Source: Gammaproteobacteria bacterium (lineage in GTDB: Bacteria; Pseudomonadota; Gammaproteobacteria; Eutrophobiales; Eutrophobiaceae). Taken from it: a stretch of DNA of 64,000 bases. Location: assembly GCA_965238225.1 (NCBI GenBank), contig OZ250183.1, forward strand, positions 224,001-288,000, read 5' to 3'. Every line of letters starts with the position of its first letter. Positions within the stretch are counted from its first letter, which is position 1. Below are positions 33,195-42,482 of the stretch, piece after piece. The translations under genes and the position numbers were made by a program. The notes beneath the pieces were generated by a model, which worked only from the letters and a program-made list of their open reading frames with translations, was not told the origin of the DNA and ran no database searches.

Positions 33195-34450
33195 TATCCT
33201 AAGGGTTTATTCCAACGGTGCGTGTAAACGATAAAAAACGGGATGACCCACCAAATAGCAGACGACCAATAAGAGCCATAGAATGCAAAATGTGTATTGT
33301 AAGGGAGAGTCGCTACCATGACAGCAATTAACCAAGGTGCCTCGTAAGCACGGTTTTGTTTTGATAGCCTTCTTGCATAGCCTGCAAGAACTATCCAAAA
33401 GAATAAATAACCAAAAAGACCAACAGTGCCAGTTTCGACCGCTATCTCCAGTACAACAAGGTGTGGGTGGGTGGTTCCATTTCGACCATCTATTATCCAA
33501 AAATTATCTTCAGGGGCATAGGTTTTGTACACATAACGAAAGCCTCTGGCACCTACGCCATTTACCCAATGAGATTTCGCAGCTATCAACCCAGTTTCCC
33601 AGATAGACAGTCGTCGTGCCGTTGCTTTGTCCATTAATTCATAATCGCCACTGAACAAACCAGAGGTAACTTTAAGTTTGTTTTTTAAGGGGGTATAACC
33701 CAACACAAGCGATGTGAGAATAAGAATTGTCAAAATACAGGGAACTAATAGTTTTTTCCATTCATTTTCCATTGAAATAAATATTAAGTACATCGTGTAC
33801 AATGTTCCTGCGCTGAGAAACATAATCCATGCTGCACGTTTTCCCCCAAGCAGCAAAACACAAAGATAAAGAAGAAAGCACAGACACACCCATAGTTTAT
33901 TTTTGTGTTGACGCAGATACTCAAAATAAACAGGCGACAGTAGAGCAAGAAAATGGGGGAGTGTGTTTTTAGGATAAAACATACCGCCCAAAAGAGGGGG
34001 CGAGTAAGGATATCCAAATAAATTTTGACCAGTAAAAAATTGTAACATGGCGTCAAGACAAAAAAAAGTTAGGGTGACGAAGATACCAAAAACAACTTTT
34101 TTTAGTATAATGGCACTTCTAAATTCATCTATGATATAGATGCCTACAAAGATGTAACGAACATAAAGAAAAACTGTTTTTGATGATCGGTATATTGCTT
34201 CAGCATCTATTAAAGAAAACAGCATTGGTATCCATAGACAAGCAAAAAGCAGGCATAATAATTGTATTTGTGGTAGTTTAAATAAGGCAGGGTTTTTAGC
34301 TGCGCGATAAAACCCTAGAATAGCCATTATTGCCATGGGAAAATTAAACAAAGCCTTGGTTGAGAATAAAAACAGAGCCGACAAAATTAAAAGTACTGAC
34401 CCGTTATTTTTTATCCAATCCAAAATTACTTGTAATACATTTTTTATCAT
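33194..34450 (-). CDS. O-antigen ligase (WaaL/Wzy_C) family protein
   Basis: Multi-TM; KRAAW, RLSIW, GVGARGFR, HPH...EIAVETG. Confidence 0.88.
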   Translation of the reverse strand: MIKNVLQVILDWIKNNGSVLLILSALFLFSTKALFNFPMAIMAILGFYRAAKNPALFKLPQIQLLCLLFACLWIPMLFSLIDAEAIYRSSKTVFLYVRYIFVGIYIIDEFRSAIILKKVVFGIFVTLTFFCLDAMLQFFTGQNLFGYPYSPPLLGGMFYPKNTLPHFLALLSPVYFEYLRQHKNKLWVCLCFLLYLCVLLLGGKRAAWIMFLSAGTLYTMYLIFISMENEWKKLLVPCILTILILTSLVLGYTPLKNKLKVTSGLFSGDYELMDKATARRLSIWETGLIAAKSHWVNGVGARGFRYVYKTYAPEDNFWIIDGRNGTTHPHLVVLEIAVETGTVGLFGYLFFWIVLAGYARRLSKQNRAYEAPWLIAVMVATLPYNTHFAFYGSYWSSAIWWVIPFFIVYTHRWNKPLG

Positions 34451-34653
34451 CTATCTAAAGTCTACCCTGTCTTGTGTTAAGTTTTTGTCAGAATCAACAA
34501 AAATATGTTACGGCAGTAGAATGGGTTTTTAATTGGCATATGCTATTCGTCAGCATGGCATGAAGACTATGATGAGCTAGCGAGAAAAACTAAATCTATT
34601 GAACGGCGCACGGCATCTATATTTTATTAAACATCAAGCTACATATTAAAAAA

Positions 34654-35778
34654 TTACTCGCGACAGTAAAGCGACAAAGTATCTTCAAGCATTTTATCAA
34701 GCGTAAAAAAATTTTTGTCTACTACTGCTATTGGTTCTTTGTAAAAGGAGATAATTCTGTCGCAGACAGCGCCAATATCATTTGGCTCAACACGACCTTG
34801 AGGATACATTTTCGCCAGTACTTCAGCAGCACCGCCATGATCGTAAGCGACTACTGGCGTACCCAGACACAATGCTTCTAAAGCGGTTAGTCCAAAGGCC
34901 TCAGGAACTTTGGACAGAGACAAAGCAACATCCGAAATAGACATGATTTCTTTGACATCATTTCTGTTCCCCAGAAATGTAATTTCTTTTTCTATCCCAA
35001 GTTTCTGCGCCTTATTTTTCAGTTCATTGAGATAAGATTTTTTTTGTTTATGAGCTCCGCCTATGACCAAGCCATGCACAGGTATATTCTGCTGTTTAAG
35101 GTAATTTAAAATACCAAGAAAATCTTCATGTCCTTTTCTTCGGCTAATGCGGCCAGGTAGAGCCAAAATAAATTTATTCGAGAGAGTCGAATGTTGTGCA
35201 CGCCAGCTTTCCAACCAGCTTTTATTGGCCTTATAAGCAAAGGGAAATTCTGTTTTTGATACGCCTCTATGGATTAGTGTAATTTTATTTTTATCAACAT
35301 CAGGATAATTTTTTGCAATGTATTTTACAATAAAATCAGAGACAGCAATGACATCCTGCCCTTTTGTCATTATTTTGCTGTATGCATTGACGCTATAAGC
35401 CCCATGCACGGTAGTAATAAACCTTGGTCTGTGCGCCTTGTCCATCCTGTTCCAGGCGAGATAAGCCAGCCAGCCAGGGAAACGAGAACAAGCGTGGATG
35501 ATGTCGATACTTTCTTCACTAAAATATCTACGAAGATGAGCAATGTGTCTTAGAGATAAAAGAGATTTTTTGCCAATGTCTAGCCGTATATGTTTACTGC
35601 CACAGCTAACAAGTTCGTCAACCAGACTGCCACCAGCCGAGATAATAATGGAGCAGTGTCCGCGCCTGACTAATTCTTTTGCAACATCCAGAGTGCCACG
35701 CTCAACGCCACCGACTTCCAAAGCTGGAAGCAGTTGAATAACATTCAAGCGTTTTTGACTCTGGATTTTAGAACTCAT
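34654..35778 (-). CDS. Glycosyltransferase family 4
   Basis: LPALEVGGVERGT, GRISRRKG, EAFGLTALEA. Confidence 0.92.
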   Translation of the reverse strand: MSSKIQSQKRLNVIQLLPALEVGGVERGTLDVAKELVRRGHCSIIISAGGSLVDELVSCGSKHIRLDIGKKSLLSLRHIAHLRRYFSEESIDIIHACSRFPGWLAYLAWNRMDKAHRPRFITTVHGAYSVNAYSKIMTKGQDVIAVSDFIVKYIAKNYPDVDKNKITLIHRGVSKTEFPFAYKANKSWLESWRAQHSTLSNKFILALPGRISRRKGHEDFLGILNYLKQQNIPVHGLVIGGAHKQKKSYLNELKNKAQKLGIEKEITFLGNRNDVKEIMSISDVALSLSKVPEAFGLTALEALCLGTPVVAYDHGGAAEVLAKMYPQGRVEPNDIGAVCDRIISFYKEPIAVVDKNFFTLDKMLEDTLSLYCRE

Positions 35779-35813
35779 ACTCTAAGATAAAGTTTCACAG
35801 GCACATTTTAAGT

Positions 35814-36746
35814 TTAAGATAAAAAGCCAGCTTCATGGAGTCGTTCAGCACAACGTTTTGCCTCATTGAGTACTGTAATGGGTTTGTTGAGCGTTCGTTC
35901 AACGAACCACTTACTGTATGGTGTTACCATTTTCTCTTCGACAAGGCTCGCGATATTATTTGAAAGTTTGCTTGTATTTTTAGTTGGCACATCAAGTAAG
36001 CCAACTGCTGCGCCTGAGGTGAGGGATTCATATATCATCGAGATGTTATCCATACTTACCCACACATTGGTGACAAGACTGAGTTGCCTGGCAACCCATC
36101 CTGACCCTGTGCCTGAGTAATTTTTATATTCTGCATTAGATTCATGCAGCGTCTTTAATAGATTGCTTGTTGCATGAGGTGTGCGCGCCGAGTCAGATAT
36201 TTCCCATTGAACATCAATATGCGTCGTTAGAATTTCCTTTATTTGCTGTATGGTATGCTTACTGTCCCAATGAAAATGTTTTGATGGCCCGCCGATTAAT
36301 ATTAAACCACGGTTATTTATTTGTTCGACTGAAGGGATAATATTATTTATCATGCCTTTTGTAACAACAATATTGTCAGCCATTCTCGGATTATCATATT
36401 CTGGAATAAAACAAAAATCGAAACAACTGGCAGGAATGCTGGGTTTCATAATAACTATAGTTTTGCCACCACGAGAACGCTTTGCGCAGAGTAAAGGCAG
36501 GTGTGTTCCGCGCCCTGCACCAACAATTATATCCGGATCTGGTAATTCCTTTGGTGCTGGAAATTTTTTTAAAAAGAAATCCAAAAGACTAGGCTTTCCG
36601 TCAGCTAATTTAATATCGTGGCAATAACAGGGTTTGATAGAATTTAATGCTTTAATCAGGCCTTTGCTTTGTGTGTCATGCCCTGCCCGCCCGTCGCTTA
36701 CCCGCCAAATTACGGGTGTTTTTTTAGGCTTAGCCATCGTTTTCAA
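35814..36746 (-). CDS. ELM1/GtrOC1 family putative glycosyltransferase
   Basis: SDGRAGHDTQSKGL, LIGGPSKH, SARTP, SMIYESLTSG. Confidence 0.85.
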   Translation of the reverse strand: MKTMAKPKKTPVIWRVSDGRAGHDTQSKGLIKALNSIKPCYCHDIKLADGKPSLLDFFLKKFPAPKELPDPDIIVGAGRGTHLPLLCAKRSRGGKTIVIMKPSIPASCFDFCFIPEYDNPRMADNIVVTKGMINNIIPSVEQINNRGLILIGGPSKHFHWDSKHTIQQIKEILTTHIDVQWEISDSARTPHATSNLLKTLHESNAEYKNYSGTGSGWVARQLSLVTNVWVSMDNISMIYESLTSGAAVGLLDVPTKNTSKLSNNIASLVEEKMVTPYSKWFVERTLNKPITVLNEAKRCAERLHEAGFLS

Positions 36747-36760
36747 AGAATCTTGGTTGA

Positions 36761-36961
36761 TTATTCATCATCTTTCAGTAAAAAATTTGTTCCACAATAA
36801 GGACATGTTGCTTGACCATTTTTCTCAATTGGTAAAAAAACGCGAGGGTGTGAATTCCACAGGCTCATATTTGTTGTCGGACAATGTATGGGTAGTTGCG
36901 AACGACTAATCTTAAAAATCTTTCTGTCATTAGGCGTTTTTAATGTCTGATAATCGTTCAT
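36761..36961 (-). CDS. Zinc-finger (zf-CHCC) small protein
   Basis: LPIHCP...LWNSHPRVFLPI...CPYCGT; follows ilvE. Confidence 0.9.
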   Translation of the reverse strand: MNDYQTLKTPNDRKIFKISRSQLPIHCPTTNMSLWNSHPRVFLPIEKNGQATCPYCGTNFLLKDDE

Positions 36962-36971
36962 GGAGCCTCCT

Positions 36972-37892
36972 TTATACGTAACTTAACCATTCTGGCTTGT
37001 GTTCATAACGCCCATACACAAGATCAAAATAGTCTTTTTGCAGCATTTTTGTAATTGAGCCACGATAGCCTGCGCCAATTGCGCGCCCATCCAGTTCACG
37101 AATTGGCGTTACCTCTGCGGCTGTTCCGGTGAAGAAAGCCTCATCTGCAACATATATTTCGTCCCTAGTAATTCTTTTTTCGCGAACCTCCAAACCTTTT
37201 TTCTTGGCTAGAATGAAGATCGTGTCTCTGGTAATGCCTTCCAGTGCGGAAGTTAGATCCGGCGTGTAAAGGATGCCATTGCGCACTATAAAAATATTTT
37301 CGCCACTACCTTCCGAAACATAACCCTCGCTGTCAAGCAGCAGGGCTTCATCATAACCACAGCCCACAGCCTCTTGCAATGCCAACATGGAGTTTAAGTA
37401 ATTACCATTTGCCTTGGCTTTGCACATCGTGATATTGACATGGTGACGAGTGTAAGAGGATGTCTTGATGCGAATCCCTTTTTCCATACCTTCGTTACCA
37501 AGATAAGAGCCCCATGACCATGCGGCAACCATAGCATGAACCTTTAGTTTGTCAGTACGTAGACCCATGTCCTCTGACCCATAAAAGCACATGGGGCGGA
37601 TATAGGCAGAGCCCAGCTCGTTTTTGTCGACCGATTCAAGGCAGGCTTTATTGATGGTTCCTTTATCAAAAGGCATAGGCAGACCTAGAATATGCGCTGA
37701 GCGAAAAAGTCTGTCAACGTGCTCCTGTAAACGGAATATAGCAGTGCCTTTTTTTGCACGATAGGCACGCAGACCCTCAAATACGCCCATGCCATAGTGT
37801 AGAGTGTGTGTCAGGACGTGGATTTTTGCCTCTCTCCAAGGGACAAATTCTCCATCCATCCAGATAACACCATCAACATCATCCATTGTCAT
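36972..37892 (-). CDS. ilvE: Branched-chain amino acid aminotransferase
   Basis: LHYGMGVFEG, KANGNY, EGSGENIF, GITR, GTAAEV. ATG 37892 has an AAGGAG RBS. Confidence 0.97.
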   Translation of the reverse strand: MTMDDVDGVIWMDGEFVPWREAKIHVLTHTLHYGMGVFEGLRAYRAKKGTAIFRLQEHVDRLFRSAHILGLPMPFDKGTINKACLESVDKNELGSAYIRPMCFYGSEDMGLRTDKLKVHAMVAAWSWGSYLGNEGMEKGIRIKTSSYTRHHVNITMCKAKANGNYLNSMLALQEAVGCGYDEALLLDSEGYVSEGSGENIFIVRNGILYTPDLTSALEGITRDTIFILAKKKGLEVREKRITRDEIYVADEAFFTGTAAEVTPIRELDGRAIGAGYRGSITKMLQKDYFDLVYGRYEHKPEWLSYV

Positions 37893-38052
37893 GCGATATC
37901 TCCTTATGCGTTTTGCATGTAAAATCATTTTTTATGCTGGCTTCATATTGCATTATAAATTTAAAGGAAGTAACAGCACTTGTATTTTTTTGATTCTTCC
38001 TGCCAGAGTAGGGTAAGCTTAACTCATAATCAATCGTTGGATTTAATCATTA

Positions 38053-38481
38053 ATGTCTGAAACCAATATAAAAGGGATATCCTCGCAGAAAGCATGGGAG
38101 ATTCTTGAGTCTGACCCGCAGGCGGTTTTGTTGGATGTAAGAACGAACATGGAATATGAGTATGTGGGACACCCACTTAATGCTTTGAACATCCCTTGGA
38201 TGAATGCCCCGGACTGGAAGGTAGATACAGGGTTTGTGGACAAGGTTCGCCAAACGCTGCAGAAAAAATCAGGGGCATCAGACGAGAGCCTTGAGTCTGT
38301 CGCCATATTGGCAATTTGTAGAAGCGGCAAGCGGTCTCTGGCAGCAGCAGCAGAGCTTGCTCGTTGGGGGTTTAGCAACCTTTATAATATTGAGGATGGC
38401 TTCGAAGGCGATCTAGATAATAAACGTAGAAGTACCGTTAACGGGTGGAAGTTCTCAGGCCTGCCATGGGAGCAATCTTGA
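38053..38481 (+). CDS. Rhodanese-like domain protein
   Basis: LLDVRT, VGHP, ICRSGKRS, GFEGD, GLPWEQS. Confidence 0.93.
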   Translation: MSETNIKGISSQKAWEILESDPQAVLLDVRTNMEYEYVGHPLNALNIPWMNAPDWKVDTGFVDKVRQTLQKKSGASDESLESVAILAICRSGKRSLAAAAELARWGFSNLYNIEDGFEGDLDNKRRSTVNGWKFSGLPWEQS

Positions 38482-38494
38482 AATAATAGTTTAT

Positions 38495-38564
38495 GGGGCT
38501 GTCCCAGATAACCAACCCATTTTGCCCTCGATAATACATTTTAGGTATCATCTGGGACAGCCCC
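38495..38564. mobile_element. 70-bp MITE (IS1595 family/IS1016-like ends), copy 2
   Basis: Perfect 15-bp TIR GGGGCTGTCCCAGAT / ATCTGGGACAGCCCC; flanks TAGTTTAT and TAGTTTTT (7/8, TSD-like). Confidence 0.85.
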
Positions 38565-38571
38565 TAGTTTT

Positions 38572-39363
38572 TCACTTGTCTTCTTGACTAAATGTATCTG
38601 CGCGCGCTGGTATCCTGCGACTAAAAAAAAGACCTGCTTCAAACAATAGCCAAACCGGAAGCGCCAATAATACTTGGGAAATAATGTCTGGCGGTGTCAA
38701 CAACATCCCCAGAACAAAAGCGAACACAATGACATAGGGTCTGTTTCTTTTTAATGTTTCAACTGAGGTGATGCCGCTCCAGATCAATAGTGCCGTTGCC
38801 ACAGGTACCTCAAACGCTAACCCAAAGGCAAAAAATAGTGTCAAGACAAAATCCAGATAATGGCTAATATCTGTCATGACTGTAACCCCAGAAGGCGTAA
38901 CGGCAGTAAAAAAGCCGAAGATTAATGGAAAAACTACAAAATAGGCAAATGCAGTCCCTGCATAAAACAACAAAATGCTGCTCATAAGCAAAGGTCGAGC
39001 AAGACGCTGTTCTTGTTCATAAAGACCCGGCGCAATAAAGCCCCAGACTTGGGCAAGCAGATAGGGCACGGAAATAAAAATGGCAGCAAACAGTGTAAGT
39101 TTAAAGGGTGCCATAAAAGGCGCGGCAACTTCAGTTGCAATCATAGTGCTTTCAGGTGCAAGCTGTTCAATCAATGGCGCAGCAATCAGGCTATAAATAT
39201 CATTGGCAAAATAGAACAGACTAAAAAAAACAAGCAAAATGACACCAAGCCCCTTCAGAAGTCTTGTGCGCAACTCTATGAGATGCGTTACGAAAGGCCG
39301 AGGTTTTTCGTTATCATTAATAACATCGTCGTTTTGGTTGTTTGCGGACATGCCGAGACTCAC
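38572..39363 (-). CDS. tatC: Twin-arginine translocase TatC
   Basis: [26 protein letters not shown]. Confidence 0.98.
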   Translation of the reverse strand: MSLGMSANNQNDDVINDNEKPRPFVTHLIELRTRLLKGLGVILLVFFSLFYFANDIYSLIAAPLIEQLAPESTMIATEVAAPFMAPFKLTLFAAIFISVPYLLAQVWGFIAPGLYEQEQRLARPLLMSSILLFYAGTAFAYFVVFPLIFGFFTAVTPSGVTVMTDISHYLDFVLTLFFAFGLAFEVPVATALLIWSGITSVETLKRNRPYVIVFAFVLGMLLTPPDIISQVLLALPVWLLFEAGLFFSRRIPARADTFSQEDK

Positions 39364-39368
39364 AGGCT

Positions 39369-39650
39369 CTAGTTTTTGTTGAGGTGTTTTGATTTGGTAG
39401 AAAAATCAGGATCTTGATCTGGTGCGTTTTTTATCAGATCGTTAAGATCGTCCAGCTGTCGCTTAAAGACCTTACTTTCATCTATTAATAATTCTTGTTT
39501 TAATTCTCTTTGCAGGTTGTTTATCAAGCGCCGAAATTTACTTAAGTATTTATCCGCCCGCTGCGCAAAACTAGGAAGCCTGTCTGGCCCCACAACTAGC
39601 AACGCAACGGTCGCGATTACAACGATCTCCCAAAAACCAATGTCAAACAT
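39369..39650 (-). CDS. tatB: Twin-arginine translocase TatB
   Basis: MFDIGFWE...[10 protein letters not shown]. Confidence 0.95.
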   Translation of the reverse strand: MFDIGFWEIVVIATVALLVVGPDRLPSFAQRADKYLSKFRRLINNLQRELKQELLIDESKVFKRQLDDLNDLIKNAPDQDPDFSTKSKHLNKN

Positions 39651-39785
39651 AGAATGTCGCTTGGAAAACCAATTTAAGCAGATTGCTGAAGTAGTTTGGA
39701 GGAATTAAAATTTTACACGCTCCAAGTAAGAGTAAAGAAGAGTTCGTTTGATTGTGGTTTGTTTAATCAGGTATTCACAAGTTCT

Positions 39786-40019
39786 TTATTTGCCTGTCGT
39801 TTTATCGATCTCGCCTTCAATAGTTTGCCTGTCATTTTCTTTGTTTTGTTTGTTGTCCATATTCTCAGCGTGTTCTGTTTCATCGACATCTTTCATCGCG
39901 CCACGGAAACTCTTAATGGCGCTGCCCAAGTCACTGCCCAAGCTGCGCAGTTTCTTTGTGCCGAAAAGTAAAATGACAACGACGAGGATAATGACTAACT
40001 CTTTCATGCCGAAACCCAT
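39786..40019 (-). CDS. tatA: Twin-arginine translocase TatA
   Basis: LLFGTKKLRSLGSDLGSAIKSFR. Confidence 0.96.
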   Translation of the reverse strand: MGFGMKELVIILVVVILLFGTKKLRSLGSDLGSAIKSFRGAMKDVDETEHAENMDNKQNKENDRQTIEGEIDKTTGK

Positions 40020-40066
40020 AATTTTATCTTCCCATTTGCTTTATTAAGTAATAACGCAAAAACTGT

Positions 40067-40387
40067 TTATTTTTTACGCTGGGCTTTTTCTTCAAGTCCT
40101 GATAGACCAAACCTTTGATTCAGTTCTGATAATACGTCATCAGGACTTAAGTCTTGATGCGCCAACATGATAAGCATGTGAAACCACAAATCTGCCGTCT
40201 CATGAATTATAGCGTCTTTTTCGCCTGATTTCGCAGCAATCACGACCTCAGTAGCCTCTTCGCCAATTTTTTTCAGGATTTCATCTAAACCTTTATCATA
40301 GAGCGAGGCCACATAGGAAGAATCTGGTGATGCATTTTTTCTTCTTTCTAGGGTCTTGGTCAGTTTACTAAGGACATCATCCGTCAT
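40067..40387 (-). CDS. hisE: Phosphoribosyl-ATP pyrophosphatase
   Basis: [24 protein letters not shown]. Confidence 0.96.
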   Translation of the reverse strand: MTDDVLSKLTKTLERRKNASPDSSYVASLYDKGLDEILKKIGEEATEVVIAAKSGEKDAIIHETADLWFHMLIMLAHQDLSPDDVLSELNQRFGLSGLEEKAQRKK

Positions 40388-40469
40388 ATTTTAAGGTCGC
40401 AAGGCAATGAAGATATTTCTAAAAGGTACTTGGGAAATTATATCGCTGTAGTAGATCTATTTACAGACA

Positions 40470-40871
40470 TCATTTTTTATAAATTTCTTCAGGATCTTTA
40501 ATAATGGTATCAATGGTTATCCATTGATTGTTTTCAAGCTGTTGATGAAAGCAACGCGCCCGTCCTGTATGACAAGCAATGCCGCCTAGCTGCTCAACCT
40601 TGATGAGTAACGCGTCATTATCACAATCAAGCAGGATATCCTTGATGATTTGCTGATATCCGGACTCTTCTCCCTTGCGCCATAGTTTTTTTCTAGAACG
40701 AGACCAAAAGACCGCACGAGCCTCTTTTTGGCTTAAAGCTAAGGCCTCACGGTTCATCCAAGCCTGAGTTAGAACATTGCCCGTTTCAAAGTCCTGAGCA
40801 ATGACTGGAATCAGACCATCAGCATTCCATTTAATCGCATCTAGCCATGCTTGGTTTTCTGAGGAAGACAT
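40470..40871 (-). CDS. hisI: Phosphoribosyl-AMP cyclohydrolase
   Basis: [26 protein letters not shown]. Confidence 0.97.
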   Translation of the reverse strand: MSSSENQAWLDAIKWNADGLIPVIAQDFETGNVLTQAWMNREALALSQKEARAVFWSRSRKKLWRKGEESGYQQIIKDILLDCDNDALLIKVEQLGGIACHTGRARCFHQQLENNQWITIDTIIKDPEEIYKK

Positions 40872-41644
40872 TAGTTGCGTACCTCAATCCCACGTTGGCT
40901 CATAATATCCTTCGCCTCTTGTACAGTATATTCGCCAAAGTGAAAAATGCTCGCAGCCAAAACGGCATCAGCGCGGCCTTCAATGACACCATCTGCCAAA
41001 TGTTCAAGACATCCTACGCCGCCTGAGGCGATGACAGGAATATTAACTGCTTCGCTGATAGCTCTGGTTAATTCCAGATCGAAGCCATCACGCGTGCCAT
41101 CTTTATCCATGCTGGTCAGTAATATTTCTCCAGCACCTTGTTGCTCCATTTGCACAGCCCAGTAAATAGCGTCTATGCCTGTGGCATTTCTGCCTCCATG
41201 AGTAAATATTTTCCATTTTTTTGCTCCGTTTTCTGCCAAAGTGCATTTTGCATCAATGGCAACTACAATACATTGTGTGCCAAAATGAGCCGCAGCCTCG
41301 CCAACAAAACCTGAAATTTTGATTGCGGCAGTATTAATGCTGATTTTATCTGCGCCTGCAACCAGCAGGCGGCGTATGTCGTTTAGTGTGCGGATGCCGC
41401 CGCCTACCGTTAGAGGGATAAATACTTGGCTCGCCACTTGTTCAACTGTATGAACCATGGTATCTCGGTGATCACTGCTTGCGGTAATATCCAGAAAGGT
41501 AATTTCGTCAGCACCTTGTTCATCATAACGTCGGGCAACTTCAACAGGATCACCTGCGTCTCGTATGTCAACAAATTTAACGCCCTTGACGACACGGCCA
41601 GCATCAATATCAAGACAAGGAATAATGCGTTTCGCCAAAGTCAT
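40871..41644 (-). CDS. hisF: Imidazole glycerol phosphate synthase cyclase subunit
   Basis: [27 protein letters not shown]. Confidence 0.98.
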   Translation of the reverse strand: MTLAKRIIPCLDIDAGRVVKGVKFVDIRDAGDPVEVARRYDEQGADEITFLDITASSDHRDTMVHTVEQVASQVFIPLTVGGGIRTLNDIRRLLVAGADKISINTAAIKISGFVGEAAAHFGTQCIVVAIDAKCTLAENGAKKWKIFTHGGRNATGIDAIYWAVQMEQQGAGEILLTSMDKDGTRDGFDLELTRAISEAVNIPVIASGGVGCLEHLADGVIEGRADAVLAASIFHFGEYTVQEAKDIMSQRGIEVRN

Positions 41645-41657
41645 TTTTCAAGAATCA

Positions 41658-42407
41658 TTATTTTTTGGCGTTGGTACAGATTTCATCAGCAAGTTTTTGT
41701 GCTTCTGCAAAATCAAGCGTGCCTTCGTAGATTGCTCGTCCAATAATAGCGCCTTCGATTCCCTCTTGCGCACCCGCAGACAGTGAACGGATATCATGCA
41801 AGTTGGTAATACCTCCTGCGGCAATCACGGGAATAGCAATGTGTCTGCATAGTTCAATTGTTGCTTCGGTATTCACACTATTCATCATGCCATCGCGACT
41901 AATGTCGGTAAAAATTATAGAAACAATACCATCATTTTCAAAATGTTTGGCCATATCAAGCGCATCATGACGTGAGAGCTTTGACCAACCATCTGTTGCA
42001 ACCTTGCCCTCTTTGGTATCAAGGCCAACAATAATGTGTTCAGGAAATTCCAGACAAACATCCGCAACAAAGTGCGGCGCGGTGACAGCCTTGGTGCCGA
42101 TAATGACATAGCTGACACCAGCATTTAGATAGGCTTGAATGGTGTCCTCGTCACGAATCCCACCGCCAATTTGAATAGGGACATCTGGAAAGGCGGCAGC
42201 AATATCGTGTACCAGCTCTGCATTTATAGGTTTACCCGCTAATGCACCATCTAAATCAACCAAGTGCAGGCGCCTTGCCCCAGCAGCAACCCAGCGCTCA
42301 GCCATATCAAGGGGGTTGTTTGCGTAGATAGTTTCATCATCCATGCGACCCTGACGCAGACGCACACACTTGCCATCTTTAATGTCAATGGCTGGAATTA
42401 AAATCAT
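41658..42407 (-). CDS. hisA: ProFAR isomerase
   Basis: IPAIDIKDGKCVRLRQG, HLVDLDGA, GGGIR, TDISRDG. Confidence 0.98.
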   Translation of the reverse strand: MILIPAIDIKDGKCVRLRQGRMDDETIYANNPLDMAERWVAAGARRLHLVDLDGALAGKPINAELVHDIAAAFPDVPIQIGGGIRDEDTIQAYLNAGVSYVIIGTKAVTAPHFVADVCLEFPEHIIVGLDTKEGKVATDGWSKLSRHDALDMAKHFENDGIVSIIFTDISRDGMMNSVNTEATIELCRHIAIPVIAAGGITNLHDIRSLSAGAQEGIEGAIIGRAIYEGTLDFAEAQKLADEICTNAKK

Positions 42408-42482
42408 GGCTATATCCTATCAGGCAATTATATAATTTTTTTGGGGGTTGTTTAGGAGAATAATTTACGGGAATGATACCTT

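Noticed and set aside
34451-34653. ops-like GGCAGTAGAATG at 34512-34523 and a short + frame (SAWHEDYDELARK...)
   Set aside because: The ops match has a core mismatch and is on the wrong strand for the flanking genes; I do not recognise the peptide.
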